DNA of 64,000 nucleotides from Paragordius varius (Eukaryota > Animalia > Nematomorpha). Of this stretch, positions 12,301 through 25,800 are shown one piece after another (position 1 is the first letter of the stretch; every line of letters begins with the position of its first letter). The notes below the pieces were generated by a model. It did not search any database. It was not told where the DNA came from and was given only the letters and a program-made list of their open reading frames with translations. The translations under genes were made by a program, and so were the position numbers. Location of the stretch: contig OZ176050.1 in NCBI GenBank assembly GCA_964247055.1, positions 2,976,001 to 3,040,000 on the forward strand, given 5' to 3'.

Positions 12301-13339
12301 TTTTGATAAATTTTTTATGGATATAATATAGTGGTATCGCTCTTTAGCACACGGGCAATATTATTTTCAAAAGAATTTCAACCTCTTAATTTTTTGAAGC
12401 AAACGGTGTACTTGTTTTGATCACTGTTACTTATATCCATATGATTTTTTAGTAGCATTTTTGAATAAAACAACCATTTTTAAGCTCAGTTCTAGGTCTA
12501 TCCAACTTTTTCATTTACCATTTATAATTTTTTCCCTAAAAATATAAGTGGGTTTAAATATTTATATTAAATAAAATATTAAATTAACTTATTTATTACC
12601 TCTATTATCCTAATTTGATAGGACTTGGTATAAAACTATTTGCTGATTTATTATGCAAGTCCTACTAAAATTTTATCATGAATCCTAATATCCTCTTTCC
12701 AACCTTATATTTATTACTTTAGCCATTAAAATTTTTATAGCGTTTTTACATAGTTAAAGTACCATATATATATTTTTATGAATATTAAGTTAACATGAGA
12801 CCATACATTGTGTTCTGATTGAAATTTGATCTAATTTGTCTTTATGTGTCGTCGCGCTTCTGTCTGTTTTGATTTTGGTAAGGCCGCGGCTTTCCATGCA
12901 TACCTAAATAAATATTATAATTTTTGCCAAAGTTAATATAACCAATATTATAAAGTTTCGCTATGTTGTGAATGGAAAAAATGCAATAAAATTTTTAATA
13001 TATATATATCGATATATCGAAAAAAGAGATTTTTTCCAGCAAAAATATTTTTACTTTGATGCCATAATATAATTTTGTTAGTTCCTTCATTCCAGATTAT
13101 TTATTTATTATCATTTATCAAGGTTAAAATTTTAAATTATATAGTACAAATACAATACATAGTTTTCCTAGGTTTGGCAGCGTTTATGAAACTTTTTTAA
13201 TACTATCAAATAAAAAATGTTTGGTGTAAATATAAAAATTTGTTTATAGTAATCTAATTAATTTTTAATAATAATAATAATAAATCAAAATATACGAAAA
13301 AATTTAGCTACTAAACTATAGTCTCTATATAATTGTTAT

Positions 13340-14282
13340 TTAGTATTCTGTTTAACTCATCCTTTATTATATAATCGCAAAATCAGCACACATTATTAGA
13401 ATAATTTTTTTGGTATATCTAGATCTTTGTTCCAAAAATATAACTACCTTTGAAACAAATATATTAAATTTTAATTATTACATGTGGGCTCACATAGTTT
13501 CAAATTTCCCTCCTCCCCTCTAAAATGGGCTATATTTCTGAAAATAAACGCTGAAATGCGAATCGCGCGACAATGATTTTCAACATATGCTAGATCAAGG
13601 GTGTCAACACAAATGACATTGCGCGCCGCATTTTGATTCAAAAAAACCGCCGGTCGCATTTGAAATATATGGTCATTAATTATTTAAATTGATTTCACAT
13701 ATAAGACTGTAAAAATGCGAACACAATCTAACTTTTAGTAATTTTACCAATTTTTGCTAATTGGTTGTGAATTGAAAAAATACACACAAAAAATTTGTTC
13801 AGGAAATAATATTTTATATTAAGATTTTATCGGGCTGCACATATCGCATGCGGTTCGCGTAGTTGGGTACCCTTCTGGCTTATAATATTAAAACAAATAT
13901 TTTCGAAAAAAGGGATAGTGTGTATAAAATCTAATAGCAAAACATTTTTAAAGCGTATTTTATGGTATCTAATAGCATCAAAAAAAGCATAAATATACTA
14001 ATGTACTCTTTTCTATATAATTTGATTTAAACATTTGTATCATTTGATTGAAACAATTGTTTGTTTTTAATGGATCATAAAAACTTAATCTGAACTAACA
14101 AATCTCTAGTTTTTTGATAATATTCTAAATAACTTATAGTATAGCGGTTTGTCAATATGGAGCAATCAGGATAATAATTTATTTGAATCTAAGGCCCAAA
14201 ATAAAAACACTAAGGGAATCCCGAGACATTCTTTTAATTATATATATTATTAAAATATTTTAATTCTTTAATTAGTCCACTG
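13340..14282. mobile_element. Long-TIR family copy 3, interrupted by a hAT-like MITE
   Basis: atgtgggctc...ccctctaaaatgg...aaaataaacgc...atatgctagat (13470-13595) matches the internal blocks of copies 4 and 5. The right arm gcccaaaataaaaacactaag and terminus gtccactg end at 14282. The left end is approximate. Confidence 0.45.
13596..13877. mobile_element. hAT-like MITE nested in long-TIR element
   Basis: Begins caagggtgtcaacacaaat, nearly identical to the start of the 9049 element, and ends gttgggtacccttctg. Confidence 0.55.
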
Positions 14283-16164
14283 TGTTATTAATCTTCTATT
14301 TATTGAAAATATGGGGAAAAATTTATAATTACAATAGTTTATGCTGCTGCTCTCCAAAAAATGTGATGTTAAAAAAATTCATTAACGTTCAAACTTAAGA
14401 TAAGTTTTCACTTTATGAATTTTATTTAAATCCTATGAAAATGTTCATAAATAATTCTCTGGCTTAATTTAGGATGTGTTTTTAATAATTTACTATAGCA
14501 CAAAAAATGTTAATTACGGCTAAATATTGTTTTAACAAGTTTTACTGGCCAATATATGACTTAGTAATAATCTACCTATTATTAAAACTAAAAATATTTA
14601 TAAGATAAATAAATTTTAATATTTAAAAGTAATAAAGTAACCTTGATGTATACAAAATAGCGGCTGGTCCTATTTTAATTTGCATAGATAGTCACCTCTG
14701 TCCTTAACATTTGTTTTAACTCTTTTTTGGCTCTTTTAATAATTATCCCGACCAGAAATACCAGAATAGCTGTTTTATAATATATTTCCATAAAATATTT
14801 ATAATATAATGTAGGCAGGAGACTGGTAATAACTTTTTGTTAGAAATAGTTAAAAAATAGCAAATAACCATAAAATATGTGTGGTGTTAGACTTATGCAA
14901 ATGGAAAAATAAAAAATGATAATTACTAAAGGTGAATTATATATGGACCATAGAAATTTAGCTGTTTTAATCAAGAAATCTTTAGGGAAATATCTTTTTT
15001 TGGTGTTTCTCATACATATCTATTGAACACAAAAATAGTGCATTATAATCAAAAGTTTTGGCCATTTTATTTAAATATATTATTATAGATATTTAGATAA
15101 GAAAATTGGTTACATTTTAATCGAAACATAGTATACTTTTTCTATATGCTATCAATTTTTAATATATTAATTTTAGAAATATTGGTCTAATTTCTTATAA
15201 TATCTTCTTGACCTTTATCGTTTATACTTTATTTCTCCTTTAATAATTTTTGATAATTGAAGTTCAATTTTATTTTTATTGACACTTTGGTGTTAATTCT
15301 AATTTTCTTATTTGGAGTAATATACATTTTATTACAAATTATTTTATATTTGTAGATATCTCGATAAAATGCTTTAGTTTAAACAATTATAATTTAATCT
15401 TGCCCCAATCTTTTTAAACTTTTAAAGACTTTTTGAGCGCTTAAAAATTAGATGGGATGGATGTAAAACCTAATATCGTTTCTGATTGACAAGAATGTCC
15501 AAAATTTTATTTTAAGGCACACGTTCTAACTCAGTTAAGTAGACTTAATTTGTAAAAAAATTGGTTGTTTTAACAAGATAAATAGAGGAATAAAATGACC
15601 TCTTCCTCAAAATTATATATGACACCTTTGGGACAACTGAAAAAAAAAGGATAGACTTAATTAGAAAAATTAACCCTGTGTCAGTTATCACTATATTTCA
15701 ACATTTATCATCAAACATGTGAGTAAATAGTAAATGCAGATTGGATAAATAGGAGAAATTTGCATTTAAATTCATAAGCTAATGTTTTTATATTTTTCCA
15801 CTGTTATTTTAAGAATAAGGATTTATGGATTCAAACTAGTTGAAGCTTTGTGTATGATTAAACCTTAAGGAGTATTTGATAATTTTAGATGAAAATTTCT
15901 AATAAACAGTATTGTATTTATTAAAACATTTTAAGAAGCAGTGCTAAATATTATTTTAACAATTCTAAAAACACGTAAAGCAAACCATGTTTTTTTTACT
16001 AAATATATCATAAAAAAACTCCAAAATTATTTCTAATAATTGTTGATAGCATCAATTTATCGATAAGTTTTCGACAAAGAAAAATAAACCTATGATTATT
16101 AAAATTTTTGTTTTTGGTAATTAAGCTCTATATTTAACAATGTGATTTGGTTTGTCACTTAAAA

Positions 16165-17029
16165 TAGTGCATGGCATATCAAAAAATATCCTGATGAATT
16201 ATATAGACTCTGATAAATAATTATACCACGATTTATATGGTGCTTTTGGTTTTGGGGACTTAAGAGTCATTTGAAAAAATATTTATTTTGGCAATTGCTT
16301 TATAATAAATATCGCGATTAGTGAATGCTATACGTCAGTAATTAATTATAATATAAATTAGATGTGGGCTCCAAATTCCTTAAGATTACAAAAATAAAGT
16401 CAAAAATGCCGTATTTTATAATATGTGCTAGATTATGAAATCGAAAAATTTAAGAAAATGCATAGTTGTATTGAAAATTTTATTTTAAGCAAAATTTTCT
16501 TGAGGTGTATTTGATGATATTTCAATGTATGTTGGAAACGGTATAAAAACACTTGAAAAAATTTCAAATCATATATGAATGATGCTGAACATGTGGATTA
16601 TTTTTGAACAATACCAATTTTTAACTCAAATTTTAAATACCATTTTATTTGATTATTGTGAAACACATGTTCAAATCTGAAATTCGGAGTGATAGAAATG
16701 TTCTTGTATTTAGAAAAAGTGCTTTTATAATTTTAATGTTTATGCCTTTTCCACCAAGCTTTGATGTGCTATATACCCTTCAACATTATTTCAAAAATCA
16801 AGCAAAAGTAAAATTTTAAAAATAATTAAATTTGGCGTTATAGTTAATATTATATTTAAAAAAATATAACGCAATAGTCTGCTTTATATGTTTATCTTAC
16901 AATATTGAATAGACGAAGTGAAACATTTGTCTTAAGTGACCCGTAAAGCCCAAAATACCATAAGAACTATGAGAATCTTTCTACATTTAGATCATATATA
17001 TTTCATCAAAATATATTTTGTATGCACTG
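16165..17029. mobile_element. Long-TIR non-autonomous DNA element (family copy 4)
   Basis: Termini tagtgcat ... atgcactg. Left arm aaaaatatcctgatg...atggtgcttttggttttgg and right arm gcccaaaataccataag. Internal attagatgtgggctcc. No TSD resolved. Confidence 0.65.
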
Positions 17030-19841
17030 AGTTATTATTATCTGGTAATGTATAAATCGCCCCTATAAAATTTAAATTATAAAAATGATTATTGGACCAG
17101 AAATAAACCTCATTTTTGGTATATAATTAGATAGCCTTAAATTTATTATAACAAAAAACTAGATTTAACATGCATTTATTTGGTGTTTCGAAATAATTTA
17201 AATTCAATTAAAATGAGTCGCATGTAATTTGAAACGGGAGAAACGGACAGCAATTTTTTGATTTATGTTATTCCATTAGTAAAATTGTCAGGATTTTTTT
17301 AATTTTTAAAGCTGCTAAACCATTATAATTATGATATAAATCTAATTAAATTATTTTTTATCTCCTGAGAATGATGTTAAGATTTTAATGTAAGCGCATG
17401 ACATAATTTTAATTAATTTTCTTTAAAAAATATTAAGTAAGGGACGAACGACTGTAATTAATACAGAGTGGGTAGGTAATTATACTTTTTCGATTATAAA
17501 ATTTTTATATGTTACTTTATTTTTTTATAGCTAATTTTAGCGTAAATTGCAATTTATCCAATATATTTTTATGTAATTTAATTTTATAATATATAATATT
17601 ATTATATGCTAATTTTGTTTTAGCTTTGTAGTTTAGATTAGTGTTTTATAAGAGTAACTTTTAGTTTTAGCGATATAATAGGAAAATCAGCCTCATTATA
17701 AAGAAAAGTATTTTTTAATTATCTTTCAAAACAATATTGAATAAATGAATATACAAATTATTGATTAATATTTAGAAACAATATGTTTGCGCGTATATTA
17801 AAATTTTTGAAAATGTGTATTATTGATGGAAATCTATCTTGATCTCGAGAAGACAATAGAGAGAGTAGAGTAAAGGAAAAAATCTCAAAACTAATTATAT
17901 TCTCATTTAGTTAAATATATTTCATAAACCAAAATATAATATCTATACCACAATATTTTTTCGATTTTCCCTTCTTCTGATGGAATAGAGAAAGAGGGTG
18001 TTATAATTAACTTTGCGGCAATTAATTAACTTGTGCATATTTTTTTATCATCATACTAGTTAGTAGCTAAATTAACTTTATTCATAGTTTTTTTATTAAA
18101 CTATTGGATATACATGATTTTATTCAAATACATTTGAAATAAATGATAATTTAATAGGAATATGGTCTGTCTGGGCGGGCTTAATTTAACTATATATAAA
18201 ATTTTTGATATAGAAAAAAAATATTCTGTATTATATACCTTTAAAATTAAATTTTAATTTTCAATCTCTCTCTACATTATAAAAAAGTTTTCTTGTGTGT
18301 CTTTTGTCAATATTTTTAAGTTTAGTAATGAATTAAAATATATTGGAAAAGTGAATATAGGGATTTGTTTTATACAAAAAAACTCATTTAACCCTATAAC
18401 ATACCTTTAATTTCCGTTTAATTGTTATAAGGGAAAAACCAATACGGTGCTTAAAAAATGTCAAAAAATGGTAAAGGTTCCATACATATATAATTATATT
18501 TCGCTAAACAAAAAAAATAATCGCATTTATACTTTACAGAGTTATCTAATACTCTTTTTCATCAGTAAAGATATAGAGAAAACTATTGATTGATTACATA
18601 TATGGACGACCCCGGTCTTACAACAGTTAGATGATGCTATAAAAAAGAACATAGGGATTAATTTTATTTATATATATTTATTAAAATGCAATTTGTCAGA
18701 AAAAAAACAGAATTGCAAACACAGAGATGACACAACAATACTAAAACGATTATATTTAAATATATAACTGTATATATAACACTTTGATCTTTTTGTATGT
18801 CAAACAATTTCAACCTTATTAAATCAAAAATATATATGTATGAAAAAGAAAGTAAAAAGAAAAATGTTGTAGAATAGAGGCTGGGATTCAAAATATCTCT
18901 CGTTGGATAATTCAATTAATTAAATAGCGTTTTGCCAAAATATTTTGCCTAAATAACAATACTAAAAGAGGTCATTTATATGCATGCATGTTATGAAAAA
19001 AAAGGACAGGCACTTTAATCTAAAAGAAAAAATGGGAAAAGAATTATGTTTCAATTCAAGCACACAACACATACACATGAGAAAATATCTTTGCTAAAAA
19101 CGTGAAATTATCCAAAGAAGCCAGGCCATATTTACATAAAAATGTTTTTGAAAAAAAAACTTAAAATACTTTTAGTATATGTCATGCAACAATTCCTTAA
19201 CCCCGAAACCAGCCACAATATTCTCTCATTAAATGTCAAAAAGGAATATTACCGTAAAACACCCTATCTAAAAAATTTGTCAACCCCCTTTCATTGAAAG
19301 AACATTTGTTTTATAAATTATTTAAATTGTTGGCAAAATCCATATATATATATAAGTAAAATTAAATGCAAATTAAGTTTATTTTTACGTAACTAAGAGT
19401 ACATATAATTTTACAAATATTTTTAAACCAAAAAAATTGAATTTCCACGAACATTAAATCGGTACAATCATTAATTATGTATAAAATAAAAATTATTCAA
19501 ATTTTATATTATTGATATATTTTTACTTTTTTTTATGCGAAAAAAAATCAATTTTTCAATTGCATTCACATTCTCCTTTCTCCATATATAAAAATAAAAA
19601 TATGCATTTTGTAACATACATTAATCTTTTTAACACTGTCGGTACATCTTAAAACCTAAATCATAAACCATTTTTCTGCATTTCTTCTACCATTCAACTA
19701 TATTCTGCCAAACAAAATAAGTCATTTATGGATGATTTTTGGAAGTTAAATTTTAAATCATTTTCGATTTGTCATTATGAAATCTACAAAAAAATGTTTA
19801 ACCCCAACTATAAAAATAGACGTGATAAATATTGTCTTTAA

Positions 19842-22800
19842 ATGTTACAATCATTAATTGTGCTTTCTTCCCTTATTTTGTCATATTATCCGGTTATAGG
19901 AATAAATAATATGCCACCCGCCTACACCCAACCCGCAGAAAATATTAGATTTGGTAATAATTTAACAAATTGGCCAAATATGTATGGAAATTCCGCCGCT
20001 AAGGCCTATAAGATTTGTGACTCAAACCCAATAAAAAAGAATAAATTGACAACTTTTAAGGCGAAAAAGAATATGTTATTAGCACCCTTAAATGATAGCT
20101 GTAGAATTGGTTATATATATAATTTTACCAAATTTTCAAGGAATAAATCCAATGCATCATCCTTTTCCTGGCCAAATGGTACTTTTAGCAATACAACTCC
20201 TGCCGCCATACTTCATTTTACAGTTGTCAACTTAAATTCGACTAAACGTGGTTACTCCATAGACTGGTCACAAAAACCATTTGAATATTTTCATCATCAA
20301 GACATGGATACTCCTTCATTTAATGAATCAACACCAACACCAACCACAAAAAAAGTGTTATCAAATGTGCGTCGATCGAAACCAAAACTTGCTATCGGTA
20401 TAATTTTACCTGCACTTTATGCCAATCCCTTCTTATTTGACGATTTCTACCCAAACACCAATGTAAAGTTATTGTTAGCGAATGATACAGTAGACACTAC
20501 TGATAAGGACACTATAAACGACCTTAATAAAACAACTAAATTTGGTGTATCTGAAATCGGAAAATTTCTGTCGAAAGTTAGAAACAACCTAAATATCCCT
20601 GAAGTAGTTAACACAATAAAAATTGATTCTAATACAACCACCGCTAAAACAATCAATATTACCCTAAAATCAAGGTTCGGAACAATACAAGTTAATACGA
20701 ACGATTTGGAGGAAATAATAAGACTAAAAAGAGAATTCACCCTATCTGCTGTTTCGAATAAAACAGTGCTACAGAAAAAAGGGTCGGTCCCCGAATATAC
20801 AGCAATATTAGCTAAGGAAAAGGTTATATCCTCGGATTATCAAGCCATATCATTAGGCTTAAAACATATTATGAAACATCCAAACATCTTGGCTGATTAC
20901 CAACTAGCCATTGTAACAAATATATCCAAGGTACAAATATATAACAGATCATAATTTATTTTCCGCTTGCCGATTGGCCATTCATGTGTTTAGTTCTTTA
21001 AAGTTTGTGAAAAACAATTAAAAATGGGTAAATTGGAGGAAATTTCCATATTAAACTTAACTTATGGGCAATATGCTGATATTATATTAAATTTTGTGAA
21101 TAAACTTTAATGATTTTAAAATCGTCAAACAAAATAACTCGGTATCTTTAGAAAAAATTAATTTTTATGTATCTATAATAGTTCCCCCAATAAACTAGAC
21201 ATATATTATATTTTAGCATAAAGCACTTAATTTATTATGACGTTAACTTCAATAATTTTAAATAGTTAAATGTTCAGAACCTATTATATCCAAATTATCA
21301 TATATTTGTAATTACTAGAAAATGTACCCAATTCAAAAAATTATTTTAATATAATTAAAACCAAATACAATATATACTTTTCGAAACTAAAAAAATTATC
21401 TTCTCTATAACATTCCTATCTAATCAAAAAATAAATATAATTTTTAGAGAGAATGAGAAAAGACTTTATTGTATAATTAAGAGATGATAATTATCGTTTA
21501 TTTCAAGTGTGATTTTGCATATTTTTTTAATAATATTTTTGACCTAAAAATGTAACGATTCGTTTTATTCCATTATTTTATTGAACCGTAAAATTAATTG
21601 AAAACAAAGTCTGAAATACATATACCTAAGGTTTCCTATACAACTTTTTTGTTTAAAAATAATTAAAATTATTATTTTGGTTAATAAGTTTTTAAATTAT
21701 TTTTTTATGACTATTCATATTTTCCATTAATTATTTAATGGAAATTCGACGATTAAAACTTTAAAGTTTAGTTTGGGCATTGTAATGATAAAAAATTTGG
21801 ATGTTAGATTACTTGCTTTGTTTGACATCCTTAAAAGGTTTCCTTTTTACGATATTTTCGATTTAGGTTCGGTACTTCTTCTTAAATTAAATTATTTATA
21901 CACATTATAGAATTTCATAATGCAACATTCACTAAAATATTAATAATAAAGTTAATATTTCTCAATTTTTTTTTCATAAATTGAATGTCCGACAAGAGTT
22001 TTAATAGGATGTGACAATCTTTCAGCGCGCATAAGAAACGTTGCTTTGATGTTTTTTTCTTATTTACACAATTACCGCAAAACAGTTAAGTCTTGTATTT
22101 CAATAAAAGATATGGTCACAGGAATTGTGATAATAATTATTTTTAATGCAATTCCCTGATCTTTTTGCCTTTAAATAAATATGTATGCATTCTATTTTCT
22201 TTTACATGTTTGATTATAATTTATCAGAAAATGTATCAACCTTAAAATTAAACTTATTAGCAATTCAATTATTGCAAGTATGGGATGGTCCAAAACTAAC
22301 ATAAATATACTTTTTCTTTAAGGCTTTTATGTTAGACTTTTAATAAAACTTGTTTATATTTCCACGTTAGCAATGCTTGTTTATACAAATTAAATTGATA
22401 TTTGCCTTTTTAAAACTAGCTTTTATAGCATTATGGTATTTTTAAAGATTAAAATACCGCCAAATATATATTTTTCCAAATCAAAAATATTCATTATTCC
22501 AATTTTAAAGAAATATTTTTTAGCACAATTCATTCGAAAAAAGTTTAAAAAAGTAAAATAGTTATCACATACTTATATCAAACTTTTTGGCTGCCATTTT
22601 TTATTTTTAATGTTTTTTAATCACTAATGCAATAGGCAATAAATGTATATTATGGTTAAAATATGTAAATAATTAACTTTGGAAAACATTTATAACTTTC
22701 ATTTACCAGAATTTTAATGTTTTTGGATTTTATTATTATCTGTTCGTTTCAACCTGTTTATAGAAGCTCTTTAAATACGGGATTGTAGATGTTAAAAGAT

Positions 22801-25800
22801 TAATTAAAATATTAGCTTTTTATACTCTAAAGAAGCGTTTGATAATAAATTATAACCAAAACAACATTTATATAAATAGTTTATTTACAATAGATACTAC
22901 CCAAAGTAGATAATAATGTGGTAATTACTAGATAAATTTTTATGTGTTTCGCCATTCCCAAAAATTTTCAAACTTTTTAATCAAATTCCTCAGTAAAATT
23001 GGACTGAATTTTCTCAAATATAATCGGTTCTCTCCCAAATAAAGTTAAACGCATCAGCTGTTTAAACATAATTTAGGCGCAGTGAATACCTTGGTAATTT
23101 TTAAAAATATTATCATAGACAAAAACCCCGAGTTTTATTGGTTTTCGCTCTATATCAAATATTAACTTCGAATGATATATTTTAGAAGACAGAGATAGCA
23201 GAAACATTTATTTTCTTGTATGAAGAGTGGTTTTTCAAAAAATAATATGATATAGCCAAGTCGAAATTTAAACACATAATATTAATTCTAATACTGTCAA
23301 ATTTAATGACATAATTACAGTTTAATTGTCATTTTATTATCGTGAAAACCTTTTAGCATATCTGTTTTATAAAAATTAAAATTAAATTAAAACTTTTTGT
23401 TGTTATGCGTTTTCTCGTTCTTATCATAAAGCAAAATCCATTTTTATAAATGCAAAAATTTTAATTATGCTGTAATAATAAAAGTTAATTAGATTCTACT
23501 TAATTCATCAAAATATTAATATTACACCAATTTTGTATTGCTAAAATGTGTAGCTTTTATCGCTAAACTATTTACTTTTCCATATCTATGTTCTGTAAAC
23601 ATATATATTGGAAACGAAAACTAAAAAAGACAATTTTGCAACAAATTTTCAGATATCTAAACAGATGTGATACTTGAAATAATCGTTATGCAATATTTTA
23701 ATTAAAGGGAATTTTCAAGGCAAAAACCGTGGGTTTTATATTTGGTTTTTTATTTACAATTCTATTTAAGCTTTACAGTAACCTGAAAAATAAGGCGACC
23801 GTAATGCAGTATTTTTACTATGCGATTTTTTCTGGCCATATCTTTTATTTAACACACATGTAAATTATATCAATTTTAGCCAAATGGCCAATATAGCTTT
23901 CGTTATTGTATGGCACAATAGTCATATATAGTGGGATTTAGCAAATTTTAACTCTAGTACTGCTTTTTATAAATCACACATATTAAATACTCAGATTCTA
24001 ACTTTAAAATATATCAAAACTACATATATTAAACACAGATTATTCGGCATTTAAATAAGTTAATTAACGTACAGGTGCCCTGCATTTAGGGTTAACTTTT
24101 ATAAAAATTCTTTTGAACAGCATTCGTGGGATCTAGAATATGCCGTTAAACAATAAATGATTTATACTATACTACTGTATTATTTATTAAAATTACGAAT
24201 TAATAATCAAATAATATCTTTTTTATGTTTTTATCTAGTGCCGGGCTGATGAAGGAACCAAAGTGTTTTTTGATATGATGTACAACTTTCCCCGTAAGGT
24301 TATGATGTTTGGAGGGGCATGTACCCAAGTAACGGCTCCCATTTCAGAGGCCTCACCATTTTGGAATTTAATACAGGTTTTTACATATTTTATAAGAAAA
24401 AATGTAAGATAAGAGAAACGAATATGCCTTTTTCCTCCTTCATAGATAAGATTTCAAAAAATTTAACTTTAAAGGCAACACGAAATTTGATTGGATTTAT
24501 AGGTCTTTTTGTAAAAAAATTAACTTGTCATCTCTCTCTCTTTTAATTATTATTTATTGTGTGAGCGTGTAAAGGATTGTGTTAAATTTCGATAGTTTTT
24601 TAATAACCAATCTCCTCTCATATCTTGATTAAACCATCATATGATGTGGCCTGTGTAAAAAATAGCCAATTGTAAGTTTATTAGATAGTTTTTTAGTTTA
24701 TAATGGTTACGTATTCTTTATTATTTGACAAATTGAAATTATGAAGAGAATCATTTTAATTTTAGATTGTCAAGATGTTTTAAATTTTTTTAGTTATAAA
24801 ATAAAACCTAAAATAGCTCCCCTTCTAGGCATTTCCATTGACAATGCACAACGAATATTAAAAAGTTGGGATGTGTTCAAATTTTAGATTTTTTAAAATA
24901 ACGTTTAGAAATGAAATGTCATTATAAAGTAATCTTAGAGTTATTTAGTAAGTTATTAAAACATAAATTTGTCAAAAAATGATGGGGATGAGTTATAACT
25001 TATAACCAATGTTTATAATCCTACCTAAAACTTTTTTTCCCATTAAATTCTAATTTTATCAATCAAAAGAGGACAACAAATTAATCTTGATTTTTTACAC
25101 TACAAGATAAAAATTTCAAGTAACTTAATAATAAATAAAAGTAAATTAATCCGTCATAAATGTAATTATGTGTGTACATCATTTTGGAATTATAAATATT
25201 TTTTCAAACACATCAACCTAAATTATAAACGGAAGTACTACCTAAGACATTTTTGAATCTTTTTTCTAAATATATTTTACATTTAATTGGCTATAATTCA
25301 AATCTGAAGTTACCTATGTATTTGCGACAATATTCTTCGATCGTGAAGAACTTGTTTTTTCAAATATAAAATTAAATTACAGCCAAAAGCATAAAAATAA
25401 ATTTAATAAAATTTACTTTTTAAATTTGAGTTGAATTGTTTATCCATGAATTATGTTGTTTTGTGGAATGTATTTAATTTGAAAAAAATTTTAACCCAAA
25501 TTTATAATTAAATCAGATTATATTTAATGAATTAATATAACTAAAATGTATTTAGTTTTTACCAACGTTTATCTAGCTTTAATTTTTAATGGATGGCAAA
25601 CATTGATCAAACATTTTTATGTTCAAAATTTCCGCTTTTGACCTTATTCGAATCCGACTTAATTTCTCATAATGTCATTACGATAAGAAAAATATGTTTC
25701 ATATGTTCATAACTATTTTATGGAAATATTTTTTAATCAAGTGCGGATTCGTAATAAATTTAAACAAAAATGTTTTTATATTTCACTTACAACAATAACA

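Noticed and set aside
6339-18915. Short 60-85 aa I/K/F/Y/L-rich ORFs in the gene-poor region, and similar ones in introns and intergenic DNA elsewhere
   Set aside because: Their composition mirrors AT-rich non-coding DNA or TE relics, with no splice-consistent chains or motifs.
21950-22200. Possible decayed hAT transposase dimerisation-domain fragments (ITIPVT, ERLSH) on the - strand
   Set aside because: Only a few residues match, across frameshifts and stops; not supportable without an alignment search.
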